NCBI GenBank assembly: GCA_048013815.1
Contig: CM106585.1
Span: 2,604,001 to 2,668,000 of the forward strand
Direction: 5' to 3'
Source of the DNA: Setoptus koraiensis
Taxonomy: Eukaryota > Animalia > Arthropoda
Length of the DNA stretch: 64,000 nt
Shown here: piece by piece, positions 1-10,330 of the stretch
Position numbering within the stretch: position 1 is the first letter of the stretch
Layout of the letters: every line of letters starts with the position of its first letter
Translations under genes and position numbers: made by a program
Notes under the pieces: generated by a model
The model's database searches: none
Told to the model about the DNA's origin: nothing
Seen by the model: only the letters and a program-made list of their open reading frames with translations

Positions 1-1165
1 CGATAATACCCTCTGCTATAATATCACACTTGACGATTCCACCAAATATATTGACAAGAATGGATGAGACTCCTCGATCGTTGGATATAATTCTAAATGC
101 CTCAGTGACCTGTGAAGCGGTGGCGGCACCTCCAACATCCAAAAAGTTTGCGGGTTTACCCCCATGCAAGCTGATAATGTCCATAGTTGCCATGGCCAAA
201 CCAGCACCATTAACAAGACATCCAATATTTCCATCAAGGGCAATATAGTTGAGATTGTGTTTATGGGCAGCGTTTTCTCGAGGATCTCTATCAGTGGCGT
301 TCATGGATTCTAGTTCGCCAAGCCATTTCTGTCTAAACTTTGAATTTTCATCGAAATTAATCTTTGCGTCGAAACTATACACTTCATTGTCATATGTGAT
401 ACCAAAAGGGTTGATTTCGATTTGGGTAGCATCCAAGCGAACAAACATGTCGTATAATCGTTTGATTTGATTACCGCAACGATCCAATAGAGCTTTATCG
501 TTTGGTTGTATGTTGAAGGCATTATGAGCTATCAATTGAGCCTGTTCTAGGCTCAAACCATCAGTTATGGGAACTATAAACTTTTTTATTGCTTCTGGGT
601 TCTTCTCTGCCACCTCTTCGATATTCATTCCACCTGAAACACTTGTGACTATGACGGGTCCCTCATCGCAATGCCTGTCGAGTAATATTGCCAAATAAAA
701 CTCATCTTTAATATCTAGTGCTTCGGCAATCATGACTTTCTCCACCAGTGCGCCTGAAGGTGTTGTCTGCTTAGTAACCAAGTAGTCATTGAGCATCTTC
801 TCGGTAAAGTCCACAGCTTGTTCCTTTGATTTGGTCAATTTCACACCTCCTTGTAGCTCACTATTGATGAAATGGCCTCGACCGCGACCCCCGGCTAATA
901 TTTGCGCCTTGATCACATACTCTTTACTATTGCTGATATCACCCTTGATTCCGGACCATTTTTGTTCCGTTCCACTGTCACCGCTGACATCACCATATAG
1001 CACCGATCGAGCTTGATCGATGTCGGAAACAACTTTGAATCGTTGAACATTTATATCATTCTCATGTAATATTTGCTTTGATTGGTACTCATGGAGGTCA
1101 AGGAAGCGCCTCTGGTTGTACTGTAATAGCCTGAGAATCGGTCGAGTAAAAATAAATTTGGACAT
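1..1165 (-). CDS. SUCLG2: Succinyl-CoA ligase [GDP-forming] beta subunit, mitochondrial; 3'-partial (runs off window start), intronless here
   Basis: Manual minus-strand translation from ATG at 1165: MSKFIFTRPILRLLQYNQRRFLDLHEYQSKQIL...VQRFKVV...YVIKAQILAGGRGRG...EINPF...FDAKINFD...GNIGCLVNGAGLAMATMD...PANFLDVGG...ILVNIFGGIVKCD. The 'LxEYQSK...VQRF' signature favours the GDP-forming over the ADP-forming subunit. Absent from the ORF track because there is no stop in the window. Confidence 0.92.
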   Translation of the reverse strand, partial: MSKFIFTRPILRLLQYNQRRFLDLHEYQSKQILHENDINVQRFKVVSDIDQARSVLYGDVSGDSGTEQKWSGIKGDISNSKEYVIKAQILAGGRGRGHFINSELQGGVKLTKSKEQAVDFTEKMLNDYLVTKQTTPSGALVEKVMIAEALDIKDEFYLAILLDRHCDEGPVIVTSVSGGMNIEEVAEKNPEAIKKFIVPITDGLSLEQAQLIAHNAFNIQPNDKALLDRCGNQIKRLYDMFVRLDATQIEINPFGITYDNEVYSFDAKINFDENSKFRQKWLGELESMNATDRDPRENAAHKHNLNYIALDGNIGCLVNGAGLAMATMDIISLHGGKPANFLDVGGAATASQVTEAFRIISNDRGVSSILVNIFGGIVKCDIIAEGII

Positions 1166-1239
1166 GATCACACTAACATGAATAAGTGTTGGGGCTATTG
1201 TTTTTGCATAGATGATTTTATTGGTTTTATGGTTCTGTG

Positions 1240-1333
1240 TAGTGATGGGGAGAGATTGATCTTCCGACCCGGGAGACGGGAGAATTCTCCTGGGAGATCT
1301 TTACCCCCGACGGGAGATCTCCCCCCATCAATG
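1240..1333. mobile_element. Short hAT-type MITE (family A, internally deleted copy)
   Basis: Starts TAGTGATGGGG and ends CCCCCCATCAATG (imperfect TIR). Flanked by GTTCTGTG (1232-1239) and GTTCTGTA (1334-1341), a 7/8 match to an 8-bp TSD. Shares GGGAGACGGGAGA and GACGGGAGATCTCCCCCCATCA with the element at 9909-10255. Confidence 0.75.
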
Positions 1334-1707
1334 GTTCTGTACAAACAATAAAGAACATTCAAAGTACACATGCTGGGTGGAAATCTGCCGATACCTTTGG
1401 CTGTAGTTCAAGAAAAAGGCGTCAGAGGCGCTCGCAGAGACTGACTCAGAGCTGTGAATACCGCTGTACATGTATCCTTCTTTGTCCAACTCCCATTTAT
1501 ACCTAATAGATCACCAAATGACAGTTGTACTCGTGCCAACATAGACAGCATTAGATAAGACACGGTAGTCGATGATTGACTAGTAACTTCATATTATTTC
1601 CCACACGTAAACACCAGATACTTATTACGGTAAATTTCAATTCCATCCTAGGACGGTACTATCAACATATAACATATTTATTTATACAAGCCCTCAATTC
1701 AATTGCC

Positions 1708-2631
1708 ATGGATCCAGGCGAGCAACAAACCAAAAATGAATCAACAACCGCACCTACATCTGACAAAGACAATGAAGGGTTTGACTTCTCAGCTATAATG
1801 AAGACATTAGCCAGACTCGAGAAGAGTACAGAAATATTCAGTACCACTAATGCTAAAAACGGAACAACGGATGAGACAACCAATCACAAACAAATCGACA
1901 ATCCAACCTCCAACAGAAATCACGATGAATCATCTGATGATGTCAATGTTCCTCTTGAAGAATTGCCCATAGAAACAAAAGATAATTTGCCGGCAGTCAT
2001 ATTAGATAATAAACAGTTTGATGCCGACGAAGAGCTTGTGTTCCAACAAAGATGTAAACTTTACAGATTTGATACATCAGATAGCGAGGAGGGATCTCAA
2101 TGGAAAGAAAGAGGAATCGGTGATCTAACAATAGTCAGGCGATCTGTAGGAACAAACTTTGCCTATAGAATTCTCATGCGACGTGATAAAGTGTTCAAAT
2201 TGTGTGCCAATCATTTCATTAGAGGTGATATGAAATTGAAAGCTCATGGTAAGAACAATAATTCATTCCTGTGGTCAACATCGGCTGACCTTAGTGAAAA
2301 CGAGCCTACATTCGAAACATTAGCGGCTAGATTCAAGACAGTCGAAGATGCCGACAGATTCAAGAAAGCTTTTGAGGAGGCAGTAGAGGCAATGAACAAA
2401 GAAGCCAACAATGATCCAGTTGTCCATTCACAAAATGAGAATAATGAAGACAAAAAACAAAATGATAGACACGATAGTGATGTGCAGGAAGAAAGTGAAG
2501 GAAAGGAGAAAACTGATGGAAAAGAGACAAGTGATGGAAAGAAGAGAAATGAAAAGAAGGATAGCGAAGAAACGGAGAGTAGTAAATCTACAAATCATAC
2601 AGTCCAAAATGGCACAACAAAAGCCGATTGA
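1708..2631 (+). CDS. RANBP1: Ran-binding domain protein (RanBP1-like) with acidic low-complexity tails
   Basis: RanBD motifs EELVFQQRCKLYRFD, QWKERGIGD, RILMRRDKVFKLCANH, FLWST, LAARFKTVEDADRFKKAFEEA. First ATG at 1708; the ORF track starts at an upstream TTG. Confidence 0.85.
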   Translation: MDPGEQQTKNESTTAPTSDKDNEGFDFSAIMKTLARLEKSTEIFSTTNAKNGTTDETTNHKQIDNPTSNRNHDESSDDVNVPLEELPIETKDNLPAVILDNKQFDADEELVFQQRCKLYRFDTSDSEEGSQWKERGIGDLTIVRRSVGTNFAYRILMRRDKVFKLCANHFIRGDMKLKAHGKNNNSFLWSTSADLSENEPTFETLAARFKTVEDADRFKKAFEEAVEAMNKEANNDPVVHSQNENNEDKKQNDRHDSDVQEESEGKEKTDGKETSDGKKRNEKKDSEETESSKSTNHTVQNGTTKAD

Positions 2632-3063
2632 GGTTTCATCGATCTCGAAGGAGAATCAAAACATTAGTTTTCGTTTCTGATTCTAAATCAAAAATGCATA
2701 GAACTCTTTCCCCCTTATTACATATTTACCTAACTTAAGTAATGCTGTTTATAGGCCACTATTTTTCATCATTATCAAAATAAAGGAATGTCGCCATCTC
2801 AGTAGCTCAGACGATGCGATACCTCTTTCGCCAAAGCAGTGTGTTGCACCAATCGCATTTACATATTTACACTAGTTATGTTTGAGCCCAGTCAATTATC
2901 CACTTATTTCATCATGTCCTATCAGGTGTTTTTATTGATAAAGTAGTATTAACAGGTCCGCGTTTGGAGAGTCAATTGTTAGAAGAGTGTCGATTATCTA
3001 AGAAAGCATTAACAGTCGATAGTTTCAGTCTATATGCCGATAGTTATGCAGTTAGTATTAACA

Positions 3064-3635
3064 TCAAAAGTTTAATTTGAAAAATTTTGGCAATTTCGAA
3101 GTTCTTTTTTGATAGAAATAATCCATAATAACCTTGAGTAAAATAACAATTATTGTTGCGGTTAAAGCAACGTTAACAAAATCCAGCCAGTTTATCGGTC
3201 CATTATTTTGAGGACACAACTCTGACCTTGATAGGCGGTAAATGACTCGCGACGACAATCTCTGATTAGTATGCATTGATTTAACCCCATTCTCATCGTT
3301 ACCGTCGGTGGCACATTTAATTTGCTCCATATCTCTCACCTTGCGAAAGTGTTTTTGTAGCCATTCCTGAAATGAAATAGTATTGCAATCACATAACCAT
3401 GGATTGTCTGATAAGTTGACTTGGTCCAAATGCTTAAATTGCTCCAGGATATGAATGGGAAATTCTTGAAGTTTATTTCTGCGTATATCGAGAGCAACTA
3501 AATTTTTCATAAGTTTCAGATTAGTTTCAATAGCTTTTATCGATGTTACTAGATTGTTGTCTAGATGTACATAAGTGACATTGTCCCAATTTTTTGACCC
3601 CAATGGTAATGAAAGTGATTTTATATAATTGCTCG
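3064..3635 (-). CDS. Leucine-rich-repeat transmembrane protein, C-terminal part (halfway/singed-wings-like architecture); 5' part lost in gap
   Basis: The frame is open back to the gap (SNYIKSLSLPL...). It has LRRs (VHLDNNLVTSI, LDIRRNKLQEF), an LRRCT (VNLSDNPWLCDC...IKC), a TM helix (FVNVALTATIIVILLKVIM) and a short tail (QKRTSKLPKFF). Family assignment is from memory and unverified. Confidence 0.8.
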
Positions 3636-4135
3636 NNNNNNNNNNNNNNNNNNNNNNNNNNNNNNNNNNNNNNNNNNNNNNNNNNNNNNNNNNNNNNNNN
3701 NNNNNNNNNNNNNNNNNNNNNNNNNNNNNNNNNNNNNNNNNNNNNNNNNNNNNNNNNNNNNNNNNNNNNNNNNNNNNNNNNNNNNNNNNNNNNNNNNNNN
3801 NNNNNNNNNNNNNNNNNNNNNNNNNNNNNNNNNNNNNNNNNNNNNNNNNNNNNNNNNNNNNNNNNNNNNNNNNNNNNNNNNNNNNNNNNNNNNNNNNNNN
3901 NNNNNNNNNNNNNNNNNNNNNNNNNNNNNNNNNNNNNNNNNNNNNNNNNNNNNNNNNNNNNNNNNNNNNNNNNNNNNNNNNNNNNNNNNNNNNNNNNNNN
4001 NNNNNNNNNNNNNNNNNNNNNNNNNNNNNNNNNNNNNNNNNNNNNNNNNNNNNNNNNNNNNNNNNNNNNNNNNNNNNNNNNNNNNNNNNNNNNNNNNNNN
4101 NNNNNNNNNNNNNNNNNNNNNNNNNNNNNNNNNNN
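3636..4135. other. Assembly gap (500 N)
   Basis: Exactly 500 consecutive N; the round number suggests a placeholder size. Confidence 0.99.
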
Positions 4136-6170
4136 TATTATTTTTTTTTTATTTAAAATTAATAAATTTTATTTTTTTATTTAAATTATATATATATTTA
4201 TAAATTTTAAAAATTTATTTAAAATTTATTATTTTTTAAATTTTATAATTTTAAATAATAATTTAAATTATATAATATTATTTTTTTTATTATTTAATAT
4301 TTTTATATTTTTTATAATATTTTTAATTATATAATAATAAAAATTAATAATATTTTTAAATATTTTTATATTATATTTTTATTTTTTTCATTTATATTAA
4401 TTTATTCTTTTTTTAAAAATATTTAATATTTAATTTTAATTATCATTTTAAATTTTTTTTTTTAATAATATAATATTATTAATAATAAATATTAATATAT
4501 TTTTTTAATATATTTTTATTTATTTATTATTTAATTTTTTTATAATATTATATATTATAAATTATAATATTTCAATAGGACTTCCACATCGAGCGTTGCC
4601 ACGCTCGAATTACTCATTATTCAGAATATTTAAGATTCTGATCAATTATAATAAATTGAATATCAATATCAATTTAGATATATAAATAGTAATAATTTTT
4701 AATTTATATTATATTTTCAGTATATTATTTTGTTATATCCGAAAATATGTAATCAAATTAATTTTATAATTGTTTTATATTATTTTGTATTCAATATTCA
4801 TAATATTTTAAATAACCTATCAAACACTTCTATTAATTTATTTCATTTAAAATTACATCACATTTCATAATATTTATTGTTTTGTCTATATGTAATATTT
4901 TTTATAATCAAAAATTTACTCCAATATCTATATAATTTATATTATATTTATTTAATTATCAGTTTGTAATTAATATTCCTATCATTAATATATATTTTAT
5001 ATTTATTTAACATATTATTTTATTTATAGTTAATTCGCACTCCTGAATAATTTTTATGTATTTTAATAATCACTAATTCAATAATATTTTACTGTCAATA
5101 TTTTTAATTTATATAATTAATTTTATTATATAGATGTATAGATTAATACTATGATATATTTATATTATGAATTTATATTAAACAGCTATCTAATATTCAC
5201 AACAGATATATGATAATTTCGAATTTTCATAATATTTTCATATATTTTATAATAATTTATAATATAGCATTTCATATTATATTATTAGTTCGACTTCCAC
5301 CTCCCATTAAGCATCTCTTGAATAATTCAGAATCTCAAAATTAATTTGAATATATTTTTATTTCTATATTTAATTTTATATCATTATCATAAATATGTTA
5401 TATTGTTATAATATGTTTATCATATCTTAATAATTATATATATATCATTAAATCTATATTGCATAATTACATTTATTATATAATCAGATTTTATCATATA
5501 TTAATTAAGTCATTAATATTTTTCATTATAATTTTTAATATATCAGTTATTATTTTTCACCTTAATAATTATAATATAGATAAGTAATTTTTATAATTTA
5601 GTATTTATTCAAAATTTAATCAAGCGTATAATTTCAATCATAATGTATATTAATAAATATTGAATATGATTATAAATTTCATTAGTGATTTATATCAAAA
5701 TCATTGTTTAAAGTTTTTTCATATAATATATTTATTTAATTTTATATTGCTATATGAACATATTTTAATAATTCATTAATATTTATAATAATCATTTTGC
5801 TAATTAAAGTTTATAATAAATTTCACTTCCCGAATTTATATAATTATTTTTATTTATATTATATCAGCATTTATTTTATCTCAGTTTATCTACATAATAT
5901 ATATATTAATATAATCAATATATAAAATATATATATATATTATTATTTCATATAATAAATTATATTTAATATATTTATATATATAGGAAATATTTCAATT
6001 CAATAAATAGCAATAATCCATCTATGATTTTAATTATTTAATACTCTATCTAATATCTTTCAATATAATTTTTTAGAATTTATTTATAATTCACTCCGCT
6101 AATTTGATTAATAATTTAATATTTTTTCACTCATTATTATCATTATCACTTCAGCCTTCACATATAGTAT
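4136..6170. other. Extremely AT-rich, G-depleted block; probable low-quality or fold-back assembly sequence
   Basis: 4136-4560 is almost pure A/T; the rest has sparse C and much less G. No ORF of 60 aa or more. It abuts the gap on one side and a long inverted repeat on the other. Confidence 0.6.
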
Positions 6171-6225
6171 ACACGAGATATGTATACATATGTGAAGCTG
6201 ATTAGAAGTGATTCGTTAATAATGA
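6131..6225. repeat. Imperfect inverted repeat (hairpin) at the boundary of the AT-rich block
   Basis: Paired segments: TCATTATTA/TAATAATGA, ATCACTT/AAGTGAT, CAG/CTG, CTTCACATAT/ATATGTGAAG, GTATAC/GTATAC, around a loop near 6172-6180. Confidence 0.85.
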
Positions 6226-7000
6226 ATATTTAAGTAGCAAAGATGTATAAATATGGCCCGCTGTACCATAATATCACAATAGGTTGTGCAATTTCCAAGT
6301 CGTTTAACCTTGCATAATAGGTATCCTTCCAAGTAACAGATTACACTGATTGAGATGAATTATGTTCCTTGAGTGAATATTGAGAATGTCATCCTTATAT
6401 CAATAGCAGTAATGTGATATTATTCTGTATAGTGCAATTTGAAGATGTGTATTCTTATCCTGATGTGTCGTCTACAACGAGGTTGTTGAATATTGATGAT
6501 AATTCCGAAATGTCATGCTTCATTTCGACTGTTTATGCTAACTGGTATTTGAACACATTTCATTTAGCATATTTTGTATTCAATACTGTAGAAACTATAG
6601 ATCACGTTTTAATCGGCGCACATTTGCACGCACAAAACTTGCAATCATTGGAACGATTCGAGTGTAAACAACTGAAAACTTGTCCATTTTATTCCTTCGA
6701 GTGCGGCGCGGTCGTGTGCGTTTCACTCACATTGCGTTGTCAGTTATGCTCTTCTCACATCAAGTTCAACAAAAATCCGCAAGGGCGCAGTTACTGCATG
6801 TCATCTGTAAATGTAAATTATATCATGGTGGCGCAACAATTTCTCGTCTCCAAATAAGCAAAGCCATTCGGAATTGTCAGCAACAAACTAAATTGCATAC
6901 CATTGGAGGATCACGAAAAAAATCATCAAGAGAATCTTTCTATCATCATTATTTGTACTTATTATATTACAATATCTACTATTGCCACTATTTACTTGGA

Positions 7001-7675
7001 ATGTCTCAGAGACGCTCATTAGATACCCGCAGTTCATGTGGTGGAACTCCGAGCGATAAAGCTCTCGAGAAATATACCAATGCTCAAGTGGAAGACATGG
7101 TCAATCAATGTGTGCATGCCTTACTCGTTCTAAGCCAAAAAGGTATGCCAGTTAAACGAAGTGATATAACAAAACTTGTGTGCCAAGGAAACAGTCGCAC
7201 CACGAAGCCGATTGTCAAAAAGGCCGCCGTGAAATTGAGAAAGATATTCGGACTTAGGCTGGGTAATTCAGAAGACCTGACTAAATATTATATCTCAAAT
7301 GTTAACAGCGATTTCATGAAGTCATTGAATTGCATTCCAGATGAAGTGCTCGATGAACAGTTTGTGTTATTTGTAGTTTTATCCGCAATAGAGATGTCGA
7401 ATAACTCAGAGACTAGCGAACCAGATTTAATAATGCTTCTCAGTAAGATTGGTATAAGCCCCGAAGATAATGCAAAAAAATATTTAGACAGATTCTACAG
7501 ACAAGAATTTCTTACTACCGAAAAGAAGAAAACCAACGACGAGGAAGTGAAATTCTACAAATGGGGTGAGAGAGCAGATTTCCAAGTGGACAAAAGGAAG
7601 CTCTACGAACACTTCAAAGAAATATATGGAAGCGAAGTTAAGAAACTACCCGAAGATACGACCGAAAACGGTTGA
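7001..7675 (+). CDS. NSMCE3: MAGE-family protein (Nse3/NSMCE3-like SMC5/6 subunit)
   Basis: MAGE homology domain pattern: VHALLVLSQKGMPVKRSDI, LRKIFGLRL, YYISN, LFVVLSAIEMSNN, SEPDLIMLLSKIGI, FYRQEFL, FYKWGERA. Likely start is the ATG at 7001 (MSQRRS). The ORF-track extension back to 6680 begins at a non-ATG codon and looks non-coding. Confidence 0.8.
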   Translation: MSQRRSLDTRSSCGGTPSDKALEKYTNAQVEDMVNQCVHALLVLSQKGMPVKRSDITKLVCQGNSRTTKPIVKKAAVKLRKIFGLRLGNSEDLTKYYISNVNSDFMKSLNCIPDEVLDEQFVLFVVLSAIEMSNNSETSEPDLIMLLSKIGISPEDNAKKYLDRFYRQEFLTTEKKKTNDEEVKFYKWGERADFQVDKRKLYEHFKEIYGSEVKKLPEDTTENG

Positions 7676-7781
7676 TGATAGAATTATTTTTTAAATATTA
7701 GATTGTATTATATATTAGAGAAGATGATAATCTCAGAGATTCAATATCAACATTGTCTCTCGTATTACAAAGCTACAGACA

Positions 7782-9839
7782 CTATGATTTCACTCCTTCG
7801 TCTTTGTTCTTTTTTGGGGGTTTGTTCTTTTTCTTTCCGGATTGACCGGCGGGTTGCGCGGTCACTGTATCTGGTTTCGCCGATGAGAACTTCGCTTGCA
7901 TTTCCTTCACAAAATCTGTTTCCACCCTGTTGAACAGTATTTTCGGAGTTCCAATTCTGTGTCCGATTGGCAATAGCAATTCGAGACCTTCCACATCAAC
8001 TAATTTATCTGAATCTAGGCATAACTGCGATCTTATTTCTTCGCTAATTTTGGGCATGTATGGCGACAATAGAAGTGAAATGATAGCCACAGTGTTTGCA
8101 GCCAAATACAACACGCTTTGCGCTCGTAACTTGTCTTCATCGGTCCCCTTCACAAGAACCCAAGGTGTGTTGGCCTGCATCATCTGATTACCTAACCTAC
8201 TAATAGATAGTATGATCTTAAGAGAGTCACGTAATTGAACTCGTTCCATTCGCTCAATGTAGTCAATAACAAGTTGATTTAGATCTTGTAGGTACTTCTT
8301 GTCATCTTCACTAGGCTCATAATGGCCCAACTTTCGATCAAAATTTGTATCAACAAATTTCAGTGTCCTATTAATGAAATTACCCAAATTATTGAGAAGC
8401 TCAAAGTTCACTCTGCTTTGGAATTCCAGCCAACAGAAAGACGAATCTCCTGTCTCCGGCCTGATAAACATCAAGTAGAAACGCCAAATGTCAGCCGGTA
8501 TCTTGTCCTCTGTAAATTTGACATCTGTTCCAAATACACCAGTGCCCCTTGATTTACTAAATTTTTCATTCTCGTAGTTGAGATAATCCGTAGCTATAAG
8601 ATGATTTACCATGGACCATGGCTGACCCGTAGCCAATTGAATTGCTGGAAACATGATTGAGTGGAAAGTTACATTATCTTTACCAAGAAACTGGTAAGTT
8701 TCCACAAGATCTGGATTGTTCCACCACAATTTCCAATCAGTTTTATTAGTACGACATGCTGTTATGGATAAATAGCCAATTGGTGCATCGAACCACACAT
8801 AGAAGACTTTGTCATCGTACCCTGGCAATGGTACCTTGGTTCCCCATTTCAGATCGCGAGTAACGCATCTGGCTCTGAGCTCAGCTTTATGCCACGTTTC
8901 CGTTATCGATTTTGCTTGCTGTGTCCAATGTGTGTCAGACGGGCTTAATCTATGGCGAGGAGCATCGTTACTTTCAGTAACGATTTTCTGGTCGGATCCG
9001 GTCTCCTTGACCGACGAATCACCTTGAGTTGACTGTAGTTCTTGTAATGGACGGGCTGGTGGAGCAGATCTTTCATTGATATTATCGTACCATATTTTTA
9101 AACGTTCCTGTAGTTGAGGTAAATCAAAGAACAAGTGCTTGGACTCTTTCATAACAGGTTGATTCTTACATAATTTGCATTTAGGTTCTTTCAAATCAGG
9201 CGCATCAATTAACTTGCCACACTTATCGCATTGATCGCCTCTTGCGTCATCGTATGAGCAATGTGGACAAATACCTTCAACAAAACGGTCGGCTAAGAAA
9301 CGAAAACATTGTTCGCAATACAATTGTTTAATAGATTGTTCTTTGAAATAGTTATTATCGTACAAATTTTGGAAGATTTCGTGAACTATTTCTGTTTGTT
9401 CCGGTGTTGTTGTGCGTCCGAATTGATCAAACTTAATATTGAACCATTCGTAGATTTCAGCATGCAATTTGTGATATTTATCGCAAATTTGTTGCGGTGT
9501 ACATTTTTCCTCTATTGCTTTGATCTCTGTCGCTGTTCCATATTCATCTGTTCCTGAGACATACAGGGTCTGATAGTCCCTCAATCGGCAATATCTCGCG
9601 AAGACGTCCCCGCTCAAAACACTGCCAACAATATTACCTAAATGGGGCACATTATTAACGTATGGCAAAGCACTTGTAATTAATATGTTACGTTTACCCT
9701 CAATTGGCAACAGAAGTTCCTCGCCTTGATTATTCGAAGTCATTATATAATTGATAGTACTCGTTGATTTATTTAATATTTGATTGCTATTCAACTGTAT
9801 TCTATAATTGGATTTACGCAACAATCTAATGGCTTTCAT
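7782..9839 (-). CDS. MARS1: Methionine--tRNA ligase, cytosolic type, intronless
   Basis: RNILITSALPYVNNVPHLGN (HIGH-like), GTDEYGT, zinc knuckles (CEQC, CPHC, CDKC, CKLC), RDLKWG, YVWFDAPIGY, QFLGKDNVTFHS, KFSKSRG (KMSKS-like), anticodon-binding helices. In-frame ATGs at 9839 and 9743. Confidence 0.97.
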   Translation of the reverse strand: MKAIRLLRKSNYRIQLNSNQILNKSTSTINYIMTSNNQGEELLLPIEGKRNILITSALPYVNNVPHLGNIVGSVLSGDVFARYCRLRDYQTLYVSGTDEYGTATEIKAIEEKCTPQQICDKYHKLHAEIYEWFNIKFDQFGRTTTPEQTEIVHEIFQNLYDNNYFKEQSIKQLYCEQCFRFLADRFVEGICPHCSYDDARGDQCDKCGKLIDAPDLKEPKCKLCKNQPVMKESKHLFFDLPQLQERLKIWYDNINERSAPPARPLQELQSTQGDSSVKETGSDQKIVTESNDAPRHRLSPSDTHWTQQAKSITETWHKAELRARCVTRDLKWGTKVPLPGYDDKVFYVWFDAPIGYLSITACRTNKTDWKLWWNNPDLVETYQFLGKDNVTFHSIMFPAIQLATGQPWSMVNHLIATDYLNYENEKFSKSRGTGVFGTDVKFTEDKIPADIWRFYLMFIRPETGDSSFCWLEFQSRVNFELLNNLGNFINRTLKFVDTNFDRKLGHYEPSEDDKKYLQDLNQLVIDYIERMERVQLRDSLKIILSISRLGNQMMQANTPWVLVKGTDEDKLRAQSVLYLAANTVAIISLLLSPYMPKISEEIRSQLCLDSDKLVDVEGLELLLPIGHRIGTPKILFNRVETDFVKEMQAKFSSAKPDTVTAQPAGQSGKKKNKPPKKNKDEGVKS

Positions 9840-9908
9840 ATCGAAGCAGGTGACACGTGGATGGATGGAGCTATTGGCAATAACGCTTTACAATTGTTCT
9901 GTCATGCC

Positions 9909-10255
9909 TAGTGGTGGGGGGGATCGATCTACCGCCCCGGGAGACGGGAGATTTCTCCCCGAGAGATTCTTCCCCTGGAGCTCCCGCGTCTCCCGTTTCT
10001 CCCAAATCTCCCGAATCTCCCGAATCTCCCGGGTTTCTCCCGTTTCTCCCGTTTGCGTTTTCGAAGGTATGTTCTTCTCCGCCAGGGGCGCCTCTTCGTT
10101 CGCAACATACCTTTGAAAACGCACACGAGAGAAACGGGAGAAATCCGGGAGATTTGGGAGAGACGGGAGAAGCGGGAGACGTGAGATCTCCCGGGGAGAA
10201 ATCTCCCATGGGCGGGAGATTTTCACCCACGACGGGAGATCTCCCCCCATCACTA
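9909..10255. mobile_element. hAT-type MITE (family A, long fold-back copy)
   Basis: Termini TAGTGGTGGGGGG ... CCCCCCATCACTA. Flanks GTCATGCC (9901-9908) and GTTATGCC (10256-10263), a 7/8 match to an 8-bp TSD. The interior is a long imperfect palindrome of TCTCCC/GGGAGA units (GCGTTTTCGAAGGTATGTT pairs with AACATACCTTTGAAAACGC). An 8-bp TSD with TAG(T/G)G termini is typical of hAT. Confidence 0.85.
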
Positions 10256-10330
10256 GTTATGCCTGTGCGACCCACACACCCCTTTCGAATACCGCGCGCA
10301 TCCCGCCAATTTCAAAATGGCCTATACTAG

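Noticed and set aside
3594-4184. ORF-track entries spanning the N run
   Set aside because: Artefacts of translating Ns.
4136-6170. Mitochondrial or endosymbiont rRNA, or a NUMT
   Set aside because: Only fleeting resemblances (e.g. TATCTAAT, ACATCGAG). No ordered series of conserved rRNA motifs or mitochondrial protein frames was found.
6414-7000. 147-aa ORF and the N-terminal extension of the MAGE ORF
   Set aside because: Non-ATG starts, no recognisable domain; MAGE homology begins after ATG 7001.
10285-10320. E2F/CHR-like motif (TTTGAAATTGGCGGGA on the minus strand)
   Set aside because: Short motif with no TSS information; cannot be supported as functional.
9871-10330. Overlapping 120-140 aa ORFs on both strands
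   Set aside because: By-products of the GC-rich palindromic MITE.
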